In this document: piece after piece, positions 1 through 10,422 of the stretch
Position numbering within the stretch: the stretch's first letter is position 1
Layout of the letters: each line of letters starts with the position of its first letter
Assembly: GCA_973895155.1 (NCBI GenBank)
Contig: OZ316896.1
Coordinates: 15,247,419 to 15,311,418 of the forward strand
Length of the DNA: 64,000 nucleotides
Source: Marsupella aquatica
Lineage: Eukaryota > Plantae > Marchantiophyta
Direction: 5' to 3'
Made by a program: the position numbers and the translations under genes
The notes under the pieces: model-generated
Seen by the model: the letters and a program-made list of their open reading frames with translations, nothing else
Told to the model about the DNA's origin: nothing
Databases searched by the model: none

Positions 1-59
1 TTTATTGAATTGACATGATGTTACGAGATTGGTACAAGGTGTTTGCAGACTACATGAGA

Positions 60-353
60 GGGTTTTAGGGGGACATAGATATGATATATAGAGGACCAAA
101 ACTCCCTCATAGACATGATGTTAAGGGACTCAAGAAAGGTGTTGGCGGAAAAAAATTGATGATTTTAGGGGACATAGATATAGTGTTTGCAAACCAACTA
201 CATGGTTTTAGGGGACATAGATAATGTGTATGTAGGACAAAACATTATTATATGAACATGATGTTGAGGGGACTAGTAGAGGCGGGAGTAGAGGTGTTTG
301 CGGACTAGTGAAGATGGTTTTAGCGGGGGTTTTAGGGGACATAGATATGGTGT
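60..353. repeat. Degenerate repeat array with core TTTTAGGGG(G)ACATAGATA
   Basis: Core recurs near 63, 163, 206 and 329, with related 'acatgatgtt' segments between; abuts the integrase fragment. Confidence 0.7.
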
Positions 354-1324
354 ATGTTGGAGCACTTTTCTAAGTGGATTGAGTTGGTGGCATTGCCCGA
401 CAAGGCAAGTGAGGGAACGGGGTATGCATTTCTTGATAGAGTGCTTAGTCATTTTGGTGCACCAGCGGAGGTGTTGACCGACCAGGGTACGGAGTTTCAG
501 GTATTGCGTGACAAGGCGTTGATTGATCACTAGACCACATCTCGAGATCATCCAGAGGCAGATGGTTTGGCAGAGCGTGTTGTTCAGACGGTGAAGAGGG
601 GATTGCGCAAGTATGGCCTACAGAAGGGGCATCTTGGAGATTGGGACATCCAGTTGCCATGGTTAGCCATGGGGTATAGGTTCAGTCGTCAAGCATCCTT
701 GGCTTCCTTCTCACCTTATTTTCTGTTGTACGACCGAGACCCAGACTTGCCCACATCAATTCGTCGAGATTCTAGTGAGGTGGTGAACCTTGATGACCCA
801 GAGGTGTGGATGAGGGTGTGTTCTCAAAGGGCACAACTCTTTCAGAGAGTTATGCCAGCAGCCTTTGAGAACCTTGCCATTGCTCAACACAGAGATACGT
901 TGCGTTATGCAACCATCCGGGGTGGAGGTTATCGACCATCCATTCGTAGGTTCCATATGGGGGACTATGTCTATTTGCAGCAAACTGCACCGACAATGTT
1001 GGATGTGACGGCAGGACGCACTATCTTACGTGTGAGAGAGGTGTTAGCTTCTGGAGTTCTCATGTTGGAGGTCATGATGATGTTGTTTGGAATGACCATG
1101 TGCATAATTGTGCGCCATGTCACCTCCCAAACGTGGATGGTATAGTGGACCCCAGTTTGGCAGTGATACGTGCTACCTTGAGGTGCATGTTGTGTGGGTC
1201 TGTTGGTGAAGCAGCCCGTATGTTGGTTTGTGATAAGTGTTCTAGGGGTTGGCATATGTCATGTTTAACTCCACCTGTTGATGTTGTGCCTACTGGACGG
1301 TGGGTTTGTCCTCGGTTTACTTAG
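354..1324 (+). mobile_element. Degenerate Ty3/Gypsy integrase (rve core) fused to a C-terminal PHD finger
   Basis: Frame from 354 reads EHFSKWIELVALPDK..YAFLDRVLSHFGAPAEVLTDQGTEF..H*TTSRDHPEADGLAERVVQTVKRGL..W..L...GYR..QASL..SPYFLLY. TAG at 531-533, frameshift near 1070, then CMLC..MLVCDKCSRGWHMSCLTPPVDVVPTGRWVCPR(F). Confidence 0.9.
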
Positions 1325-1481
1325 GAGGTGGATGACATGATCTTCACATGGTATGGATTGCAGATGGGCGATTAACGATGGGGCAACATAGCACCCGACC
1401 TTCTGATCCGTGCACCCACGAAGGTGTATAGCATGTAGTAGATGGATAGGGCTACCTGGGAGTTAGAGGGACCTAACCGCC

Positions 1482-1620
1482 AGTTAGGGGGGCAAGTTAC
1501 GGTACATTGTCTTGTATTTGTGTATGCTCTTGTCCATGTTATGCATGTATGTGAGTATGGCATGACCAGCGATGTATGTTGTATGACGATGTGGATTCGC
1601 ACGACATATGCAAATTGTGT
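1482..1620 (+). mobile_element. Polypurine tract and start of a truncated 3' LTR of the PHD-Gypsy element
   Basis: AGTTAGGGGGGCA followed by (A)GTTACGG, a mutated TGTTAC-like LTR start, ~160 bp after the pol stop. Confidence 0.5.
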
Positions 1621-3414
1621 GTGAGTCCCATCAAAAGCCACCAAGGGTCTACAATGCTCAAATGTTGACCTTGCAGCTCTAGGGCATACAAGCACACTAT
1701 GAAATCGACCATCTGGTGCTGAGTATGACACAATGGCCAAAGGATCCCGTTGCAAAATGTGATAACAATGAGGTACGTGGAATCAAGTAGAAAGAGTCTT
1801 TCTCTCGCACATCCAACTTCTCCAATGCCTACTTTTCTGCAACCCATGCAATATGGTACTTGATGTTCAGATGAACAAAAGCTCGTGTTGTATCCCGTAG
1901 TGTAGATGCCCTAGTCTGTCTATTTCTCATTACTATGTCCATTATCTGTTGTGCCAAGCGATCTGAGTTGGTATGCATTCGCCGTTTCTAGTGGTCAGCT
2001 GCCTCACAGGTGTGCTCAATGTGTGCTTTCATGATTGTTATTACTCCAGTGGTTTCCTTATGGCTCGGATCCGCCAATGGCCTCTTTTGTCACTATCAAT
2101 AGATATGTCATTGATTTTGCATTGTGTCAAGCATTGTGCATTATCTTTTTTATATGTTCTTATAATTTGTTTTGTATGCACACCATGGTCAACAATCAAG
2201 CTTTTCAGGTCCTCAAATGATTCAAAAGTTTGTCTTGTCTTCAGCCAACTAGACCATTGAGAAACACTCTCAGTGGCAATTCATCACTACCCTACACAGA
2301 TTCAACTCAATTCAATTTAGTAGGCCAGACACTGTAAGCAGATGTTGTTGCAAAACAAGGATCGATGCAAACACAAATGCTTCCAATACTGCTTGAGCAT
2401 TCACAAATCAAAATGCTTGAATGATTTCTTTAGCACAAAGAGATTTAAACATACTTTGAACTTGTTGGAGAATGTAGAGCAATAGGACTTGCAGGCCGGA
2501 CTTTACCTGAATCGGGACCTGAATGTTGCGCCTGGCTACAATGCTTTGAATCAACATTACTAGTGCTCTTCTTAGCAATCCATAGGTCAAAGCACTAGCA
2601 AGCAGACGTTGAGCTTGCAGATTGGGCCATTGAATAAGAATCTAGCCGGCGCCACCTTGAATTGCACTTAATGTGGGGTTGACAATGGCACTCATTGCAG
2701 GCAGGAACAACATGGTGTTGGAGTGTCCATCACTAATTTTGAAGTCTGCCTATGGTGGTTGATAGTGGTCGCACACTGCAATTTAAGTGTTTTGTCGTTG
2801 CCTTAGTGGTGGAGCCAGTACTTTTGACCTCCCCGTAGCCTACGAGTTCAATGTAACAATGCAGGCAACGAGTGTACTCAGCGGCTAGGGAGAGTTGGGA
2901 GAGGCCGGCAGGCAGGATGCAACGATGCAACCGGGGTCAGCAATGACACAGCCCATGGAAGAGCGCGACGACGCAACGGGAGTGGCAATGGCCCGGGCAG
3001 GAAGCAAAGATGCAGGCCCGGGTAGAGGCAATTCGGGGAAGCAATGACCACAACACAGCAGGGAAGCAAATAGCCCGGGCAGGAAGCAAAGACATAGCAC
3101 ATCTCGATTGTGGACCTTGTCGAGTAATGGTAGTCGGGATTGGCCTCGAGTTTGCAGGAAATGGAGGAGAGTCAAGGCAACTGACCCACCCCTCCACAAA
3201 ATTAACTGAAGATCCTAAATGTAACCGCAAGGGAAGCGACAACCGTCCGATGGGGAGACCAGGAGAAATGTCAACCGTTGGATCTTGGGTAGTTAACCTG
3301 AGTAACTTTTCTTAACCCATGACCAAAAAGAGTGGCATATTGATAAATAAAAGAAAGAGTGTGGCAATGTAGTGATTATGCCACAAAAGAGTGGCATTCT
3401 AGCTAGTAAATCCC
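1621..3414 (-). mobile_element. Truncated Mutator-like element (MULE): transposase remnant (~1621-2240) plus one terminus
   Basis: Minus-strand pieces in shifting frames: TFESFEDLKSLI..HWRIRA..HIEHTC (MuDR N-terminal domain), IKYHIAWVAEK*ALEKL..DSFYLIP, and RFHSVLVCPRAARSTFEHCRPLVAFDGTH (first catalytic Asp). Terminus GGGATTTACTAGCTAGAATGCCACTC at 3414 with repeated TGCCAC motifs resembles a MULE TIR. Confidence 0.85.
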
Positions 3415-3972
3415 AGATCATATTTATTGAAAGGAAACAAACTTATGATCGATGTTACCATTCAAAAAGTTATTCAAAATGAAAACAACAAACTTATTAC
3501 AATGCTTTTTAGATCAAGTTGGTACTATCTGGTAGACCTGATGTACTATATAGCCAAAGTAATTGCTATGGGGTGAGAATGAAACATCTGGTTCAGCCTC
3601 AAGATCATTTCATCTTGTGTCATATATACTAGCTATCTTCACCTTGTACAACATTTTTATCCATCTCAACAACTGTAGGACTCTTTTCTGGAGATTGTAT
3701 TTCTTGTAGGATTCATCCTTCCAAGCACTAACCTCCTCAATGGTAGGAACATCTCCCTTCTTCGAAATCTAATTGGAAACAACTTTCAGAAAGAATACAA
3801 AGTCTGAACCCAATAAACCAATTATCGCTTCAATGAGAAGTAATTCACAAAACTGTGCACATAATCTGTATACTAATTTTACTGTGCACATAATCTATAT
3901 ACTAATTTCAATTATTGTCATGGATTGTAACGCAATAAACATATGCTGGAGTCATTTGGAATTATGAAAAAC

Positions 3973-4461
3973 TTACATGAATTGCCATTGCTCAGATTGC
4001 AACTCCTCCCCTACCCATAGGATTTCCACATCCTCTTTTTTCCACCTTTGCATGAGACATAGTTGTAAACCCATCCCTTGTTTTTGCAAACTCTTCATCA
4101 CAAAGCTATTTTGCAAAATGCTCAAACTCAAGAAGAAATACTCCAGGAGGGGGTGGTGGATTCTGGGAGTTTGGGGTAGATTCTCCAAATAAAGTTGGAC
4201 AACTTCTCTGGTTTGAGTTCTTAGATAGCCAACCAATGAATTTGCATTTCTCCTTGTCCATTTGAATGAAAGAAGCTTCCCATTCTTATATTTCTCATGA
4301 AGCTTTGTATACATCTGCTGATACACATCATCTATAATATCAGGTATGGGAGTGAAACACATTACCTCCAACTTGGTAATAAGAGATAATTCTCTTACTA
4401 TTGTTCCATGACAGTCACCAATTAGGACCCCTTCACGTAATTCAAGTTTGGGCTTCATCAA
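3973..4461 (-). pseudogene. Degenerate ORF with a partial RNase H-like signature, probably retroelement-derived
   Basis: VLIGDCHGTIV...LSFKWTRRNANSLVGYL resembles the GDS..V / F.W..R..N..A motifs of RNase HI-like domains; flanking frames are interrupted by stops. Confidence 0.35.
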
Positions 4462-4729
4462 AACACTCTCAGATGCACCGCCAATTTATTTTGCTGCCTT
4501 GATTTTCTCTCGTTGTGCTCTCTTCCTCAATCTTTCATATGAACTTTTTCTCATCAATTCTGGAAAGGCAAGTCACAATGCCTCACTCTTGCTGATTGTG
4601 GGGGGTTGTATGAGTTCCGCATCTTGCTTTTGAGGTGTCTCTACAACAGAGCTTGCTTGACCTCCTTCAAGTCCAATATGGGGTGCAGTGACAGTGGCTC
4701 TTCTTCTTTGTTCAGTTTGCCTGATTTGA

Positions 4730-5810
4730 GCCCAGGTATAGGAAGCTCTGAACTAGGTCTTTCAGGTTCCATGATCCCTTCTCTCTCAACATCATGAGGT
4801 TCTAAACTCAAAGATCTCCTGTGCTCCAATACTCTGACCTCAACCTCAGCCGTATTGGTCCTTGAGCTCTCTTGCCCCTTATTTTTTCTTCTTGGCTGAA
4901 TGATCAAAATTGTTGTTTAATTGACTCGGCTGATCCCTCCTGGCCAGTCTTCTTCCAACATCCCTTGTGGAAATGGATGCACCAACCAGCTCTGCTTCAT
5001 GCCTGAACCTAGTTCTCAAAGATATATGCAGATTCTAGTTCCTCGTCTTGACTGACAAGGCACTCCTCTATGTCATCCAAGATCTCCATATTATTTGTTG
5101 CATATACTTTCAATTTCTTGAGTTGAAAAAGATGGACATGAGAAATCAGAATCAAGGACTCCAAAACCATGTGCAGGTTTTCTTGAGAGCCTTGAGTATA
5201 TCAAGTCATCTTTTCTCTTCAACCGAGAAATGAACTGGTCCACATCTTCACCATCCCTTGCTTGGCCTTCCTTACTTGACCCATTCTGAACTGTTGCAAA
5301 AGTGTTTTTTGCTCCCTTCTTCAGTCTTCTTCTTTCCACCCCAACTATGGGAAGCTCCAAACCAGGCCTTTTAGCTGCAATCCTCTCACTCTCAACATCA
5401 GAGGGTCCTCTGAGCTCTAATTCCTTGGAATGACTTCAACCTCAGTTGACATGTTGGTCCTTGAGCTTGGTTGCCCTCTGGTTTTTCTTGCTGGTTGAAC
5501 TCTTGATGCAGCCGACAGCTTCCTCCTGGCCCATCTCGTGGCCCATATCCTTCTAGTTACATCAGCCTGTAAAATTGGTGTAGTTGAGGGTGTACTGGCT
5601 TGAGTTCTCAAAGATGAAGGTTTCTCTTGTTGACTGATTGGGCACTCCGCTATATCATCCAAAATCTCCATAGTATTTGTTGCATTTTCATGGGCATTTT
5701 TAATTTCCTGAGTTGGGAAAGATGGACATGAGAAATCAGAATCCAAGACTCCAAAACCTTGTGCAGATTTTTTTGAGGCCCTTGAGTAAACCAAGTCCAC
5801 TTTTCTCTTC
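4730..5810 (-). repeat. Diverged ~600-bp tandem duplication inside a decayed low-complexity ORF
   Basis: 4731-4880 resembles 5341-5480 and 5080-5220 resembles 5650-5810. Peptides YSRLSRKPAHGFGVLDSDFSCPSFSTQEI vs YSRASKKSAQGFGVLDSDFSCPSFPTQEI, and SSRTNTAEVEV vs SSRTNMSTEVEV. Confidence 0.85.
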
Positions 5811-7379
5811 TAGCCAGGGTTGGGCACTTATTGCACGTCTAGTTCACTAGATTGAATGGTATCAATCATTAGTGGGAGGGATTGGAGGTGGAACACTACC
5901 CAATAAGATTGACATCAGTCTTTTCACAGGTGAAAGAGGAGAAATCTGATCAGGTCCGGCCAGGATCAAGTTGTGTTGCACTTCACTAGTAAAAACCGGG
6001 GCGATTTAGACCAAACCTTATAGGACTAAGGCCACTCTGTCAGTAGAAGTTGAGTTGTACCAATTTGAGGCTCACACGAATCCGGCACAATTCTCAAACA
6101 CTCAAAAATTGACACTTTACTAATATCAATCCTTGGTGTGTCATCAAGCAAGGACAAGTCAGCATGTGTTGACTCCACTTCCAATGGACAGGTCCCAAGG
6201 CTATGTTGATGAACACTATCATAAAATTCATCTTCATAAGGATCTTGTGATTCTTGGTGTGGGCCATCTTCATGAGGATCTTGCAGTTCATGGCCTGTCC
6301 TTACATTGATAGCTTCTGAACTCTTGGCTAAAAATTCTCTTTCTCCCCTACGCAAATTGTCCAAGGGCTTAGCCTTCACATAGCCCCTGCCAGCCAAACA
6401 ACTAATATCATAAAGATCTTAATAAAGAAACAACACAATCACAAATGCCAAGTTTTGTTCAGACTTCAAGCATAGAAATATATAGATATAGATTATCTAT
6501 AGAGATATAGACATTTTGTTAAATTAAACATTTGTTGCAGTGAAGATTGAGACATGTCGTAGGTGATCTTGAGCCGTAGTGTATATAGCTTTGAGAACCA
6601 AATACAGTCAAACCTGCAGCCAAGTCTAATGCAAGTCTAGTAAAAGATAATAAAAATAAATATTTATTTGCAACCTCTTTTTTTCTTTCGTTTAAAGGAG
6701 AAATCTGTGAAACCCCACAGAAAGGGAAGAGTCAGCCACAACAGTTGAACCCAAGACCTATCAATTTCTATTCAAGTGAGCTACCACAAAATCATGCCTC
6801 TTTGGGCCTTTATTTGCAGCCTTTACGTGGCTATTGTCGTAAGTGGTCCCTTTGTATTTCACAAAGTTGTAAAGCAATTCATTTGACCAATAACAACACC
6901 TACCATTCTAGATTCCAACTAGAAAGATTGAAACATGATTGTCAGGGTAGAAAAGTTGGACTATCTTTTCTCAGCAGCTATTGACTAGGTTGCTTAAAAA
7001 GCACTCCCTAAGCACCTATATATATAAGCTAGGTGTACCTAGTGCTCAACTATAGCTGATTTGGATAATCTTGAGAATTGACTTGGCTAGGCAATGCCCA
7101 CCTTGGGCCAGTAGATAAGAATCTTGTAACTAGCTAGTGGAATCAATTTTGAGCTGTTTGTTTGAAACATCTAATTGGTATATGAATGATTGACAATCCA
7201 AATTAAGTCATTCCTTAGCTTCTGGCTTAGGCTTCTCCTTAAACCCGACCTCCCAGATGATGGATTGGGCTACTCTCATGGAGGGAAATTGGCTTGATAA
7301 CAGAATTACAGTAGGTGTTTATATATTATTCAAAGCTCGAAGTTTGATCTATGGAAAGATTGAAAATTGCAGTGCATAC

Positions 7380-8353
7380 CTTGATAGTCTCATGCACTTT
7401 CGGATTCTCCCAAAGATGTTTCAAGGTCATTGCGGAAGTAGTGGCTGAGGTATCAAAACCTGAGAATATTAGTAAAATCATATTGTCAATCATTGCTTTT
7501 TGGCTCATTAATTCTCCAGTAGTTGGTTCTTTGTGCTCAATTAGCCGGTGGAGAAGGCAACCCTGTGCTTTCCCTTCTTTTGATGATTTCTCCCATTTAT
7601 TTATCAGGTAATACATTGTCTGTGAGATTTTCTCCCTGGCCTGTTATTCCAAAACAATCACATATATATGAAAAACTCAGTTAGCCTACCCACTTCCCAA
7701 ATTCAGCTACTTTGCAAATTAACAGCTCATCCCGGTGAAACATAAAATATATTTCTGCAATTACATTCAGATGTAGACTGTCTGACACCGCGTAGAAACA
7801 TAGTGTCACGATTTCCTTTAAAAATCAATACCAACACAATATGTCTATTTACATCATTCCAAATATATATATTACATATGGCACCAAACCGGGAGACATG
7901 ATACCAAAGCAAAAGAACCCAATAAAAGGTGAAGGGAAAGACCCCGAGAAGATCAATGAGGCCCAACAAGTCAAGGACTATCCCACATAAACCAAAAAAA
8001 ACTAAGGAGCACGCAACAAACTAAAAACCCTAGTAAACTGAAAAGTCTGGTAGAGTTATGGAGTAATCGCATAGGAGAATCATGGAGGGGAATCTGTCTA
8101 GAGGCCCTAAAACCGACTGACTCGGCTCTACAAAGAATAATGAAAGCCTGGGTCCTATGGACTTCACAAACCAATTTGCTTCAAACTACCTTCAATCCCT
8201 TGTTGCAACCACTGCCCGGAAAGTTGATCAGAATTTGGTAAAATCCCCAATAATTAATATGGCCCTCCAAAGATTTCCATCAGCTCAGTTATGTAATGAC
8301 CATCATCTCCACATTCAAATCCTAGAAGCATGCGTGCAGTAATTGCCGGCCAT
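7380..8353 (-). pseudogene. Cytochrome P450 (CYP85-clan-like) pseudogene fragment, two exons
   Basis: Exon 7640-7380 (AG/GT bounded, 87 codons): AREKISQ...MIDNMILLIFSGFDTSATTSAMTLKHLWENPKVHETIK (I-helix). Exon 8353-8190: ITARMLLGFE...ILINFPGSGCNKGLK, 164 nt with frameshifts and a stop. No ExxR, PERF or heme-Cys exons were found. Confidence 0.85.
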
Positions 8354-9746
8354 CTGCAGGCAAGTATAGCAGGTGTTTTGAATATTTAAGACACTAACAG
8401 CAATTTCTTATGTAAATGCACCAAAAATTGTAATTTGGATAAGTGCAGGTAGGATTAGATGACAAATGGGTCAATGCATTTTTGTCTGTAAGTGTACACG
8501 GGAGTGTACACATGCATAATTATCAACTACTAGAATGCCTACATAAGAATCATTCATTCATTGATAAGTGCAGCTAACAACTGCATTACAAAGTAGTTTT
8601 ATAAACTTATCCAGTTCAATTGTGCAAGATGAGGAGTCCAATGTGTGTTACAACACTTGGGGAAATTAATGCATAAGGGATTTCCATGCACTTATTAGAC
8701 CTTGCACATACTGATGGTCAAGTACATAAATCATATCGTGCACTTATAGCATGGTGAATTACAAGCCATTGAGGGGGCCAAAAGGATCTCCATTTCTCCA
8801 TCACAAGGACTGAGATCCTTGTCAATTTATAAGGATTCTATAAGTGTTACATTGAATGACGAAGTATGAATTGTTGGGTTGAGATTGAAATGTTAGACCT
8901 TGCATATCTAGTCTTTAGACATGTGTCCAAACTTTTGGGAAGTCTCAATCTTTTTGGAAGTGTGCAAACCTTTTTTAATGTGTGTCCAACTTTTTTGAAA
9001 GTGTATTAAACCAAATCTTAATGATATTTGCAGTCCTCTCTCTTTCTTGAGCTGGTCCTTTTTGTGTCCTTTTGACCCCCTCAATCTTGCAATCCATTTT
9101 GCATTCTGTGATAAGTGCTGGTGGGTGATGTCATTCTGGGAGCCTGCATTTAGACACGGTTCACTAGCTTCACGATAGATGACAAATTTTCATGTGATTA
9201 ACTGTCTACCAAAACCATTCATTGGAAAAATTCTTGTACAGGTTTTCTTGAGATTTTCTGTTGGGCTTTTATATTCATGCAACCCTGAGTACAATAACAG
9301 CCACCAATTCTGTAAAGAAGGCACTCACTGAGAAAAAAAAAAACTAGCAGAGAAGACACTCTGACACAAAGGAATGCACAGTCATGCAAAGATGGCCTGG
9401 TAAAACAAATATCTGAAGTAGTGAGCAGCATATGCATCCAAAGTAAACAAGTGAAACAAATCATAACATGCCCCCTGTCAATCGGCAACATCGCAACATT
9501 GCTCCCGCCAATAAAATATACAAGGACCCCATCCCCAAGGTCACAAAACTCCTGCCCTTGGTGATCAGTCCATTGCCTATCAAAATTGACTCTAAAAAGA
9601 GACCCAAACAAGCTAGCCTGCACTTATTTGAGGGATATTATTCGAGCTGAAGGTAACATTTGAAGTCCATCCAGGTTAAGGTGGTCCATCCAAGCTCTTT
9701 GTCAGATGTTGTGATCTATCCGAGCTTCCACTTCTTGCGTATTATC

Positions 9747-9793
9747 TCCCGCCAAAATTGCTTCCCCCGGGGCCTTGTACAATTTTGGCGGGA
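9747..9793. promoter_or_regulatory. Two E2F-type sites arranged as a 14-bp perfect inverted repeat upstream of ORC4
   Basis: TCCCGCCAAAATTG (9747-9760), 19-nt spacer, CAATTTTGGCGGGA (9780-9793). Matches TTTSSCGS; ~630 bp upstream of the ORC4 ATG. Confidence 0.75.
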
Positions 9794-10422
9794 AAAGGTA
9801 CTCGGTCTGCACTACCAGTGCTCTCATCTAAAATCTCTGCTGCAGACTCTGCAATTTCCCGACGATTCGAGAAGCCAGGAAAACAATTGTCTGAACGAGA
9901 AGCAGTGGGTGATCTGCGTGATCGACTGTACCAATCTGCGATTACAGGCGAGTGCAATTGCAGTTGTGAAGCTGGGCTTCTGTGGATTGTTGCTGTATCG
10001 TCTGCCGCACTCGTTGCAGAGGGCTGTTCAAATGTACCCGAGCTTCAGCACCTCGTTGCATTCTTGGGTGTGGGTGGCCTCCGCCAATTTGTATGACAGG
10101 GTTTTGCCTATGGATTCACTTGCTTGTAAGTTCTGAGAATATCCTCCGCTAGAAGTAGACGAAATCGAGGCATGAAGCGATTCATCGAGGACAAGATAGG
10201 TCCCACATGATCCTACATTTGGAGGACTCGAGGAATTGAAGAGCAAGGACTGAGAAAGGTTTTATTCTCCGAGGCAAAGGCAACGCAATCCAATGCACGT
10301 GCTTGTCAATTTGGCCTCACCGAATATGTTTTTCTTGCAGTCTTGAGGCTACCGCAATTTACTGTTTCTAGCTTGTTTCTAGTCGGTCGATCCGTCGATT
10401 GTGAGATGTGTGCATAGGCACA

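Noticed and set aside
5984-6010. Complete CACTA element starting CACTAGTAAAAA
   Set aside because: No matching opposite terminus, 3-bp TSD or TnpD sequence was found; kept only as a remark.
9660-10300. Separate gene from ORFs 9660-10136, 9758-10096 and 10028-10246
   Set aside because: No motifs and non-ATG starts; position between the E2F sites and the ORC4 ATG fits promoter or 5' leader.
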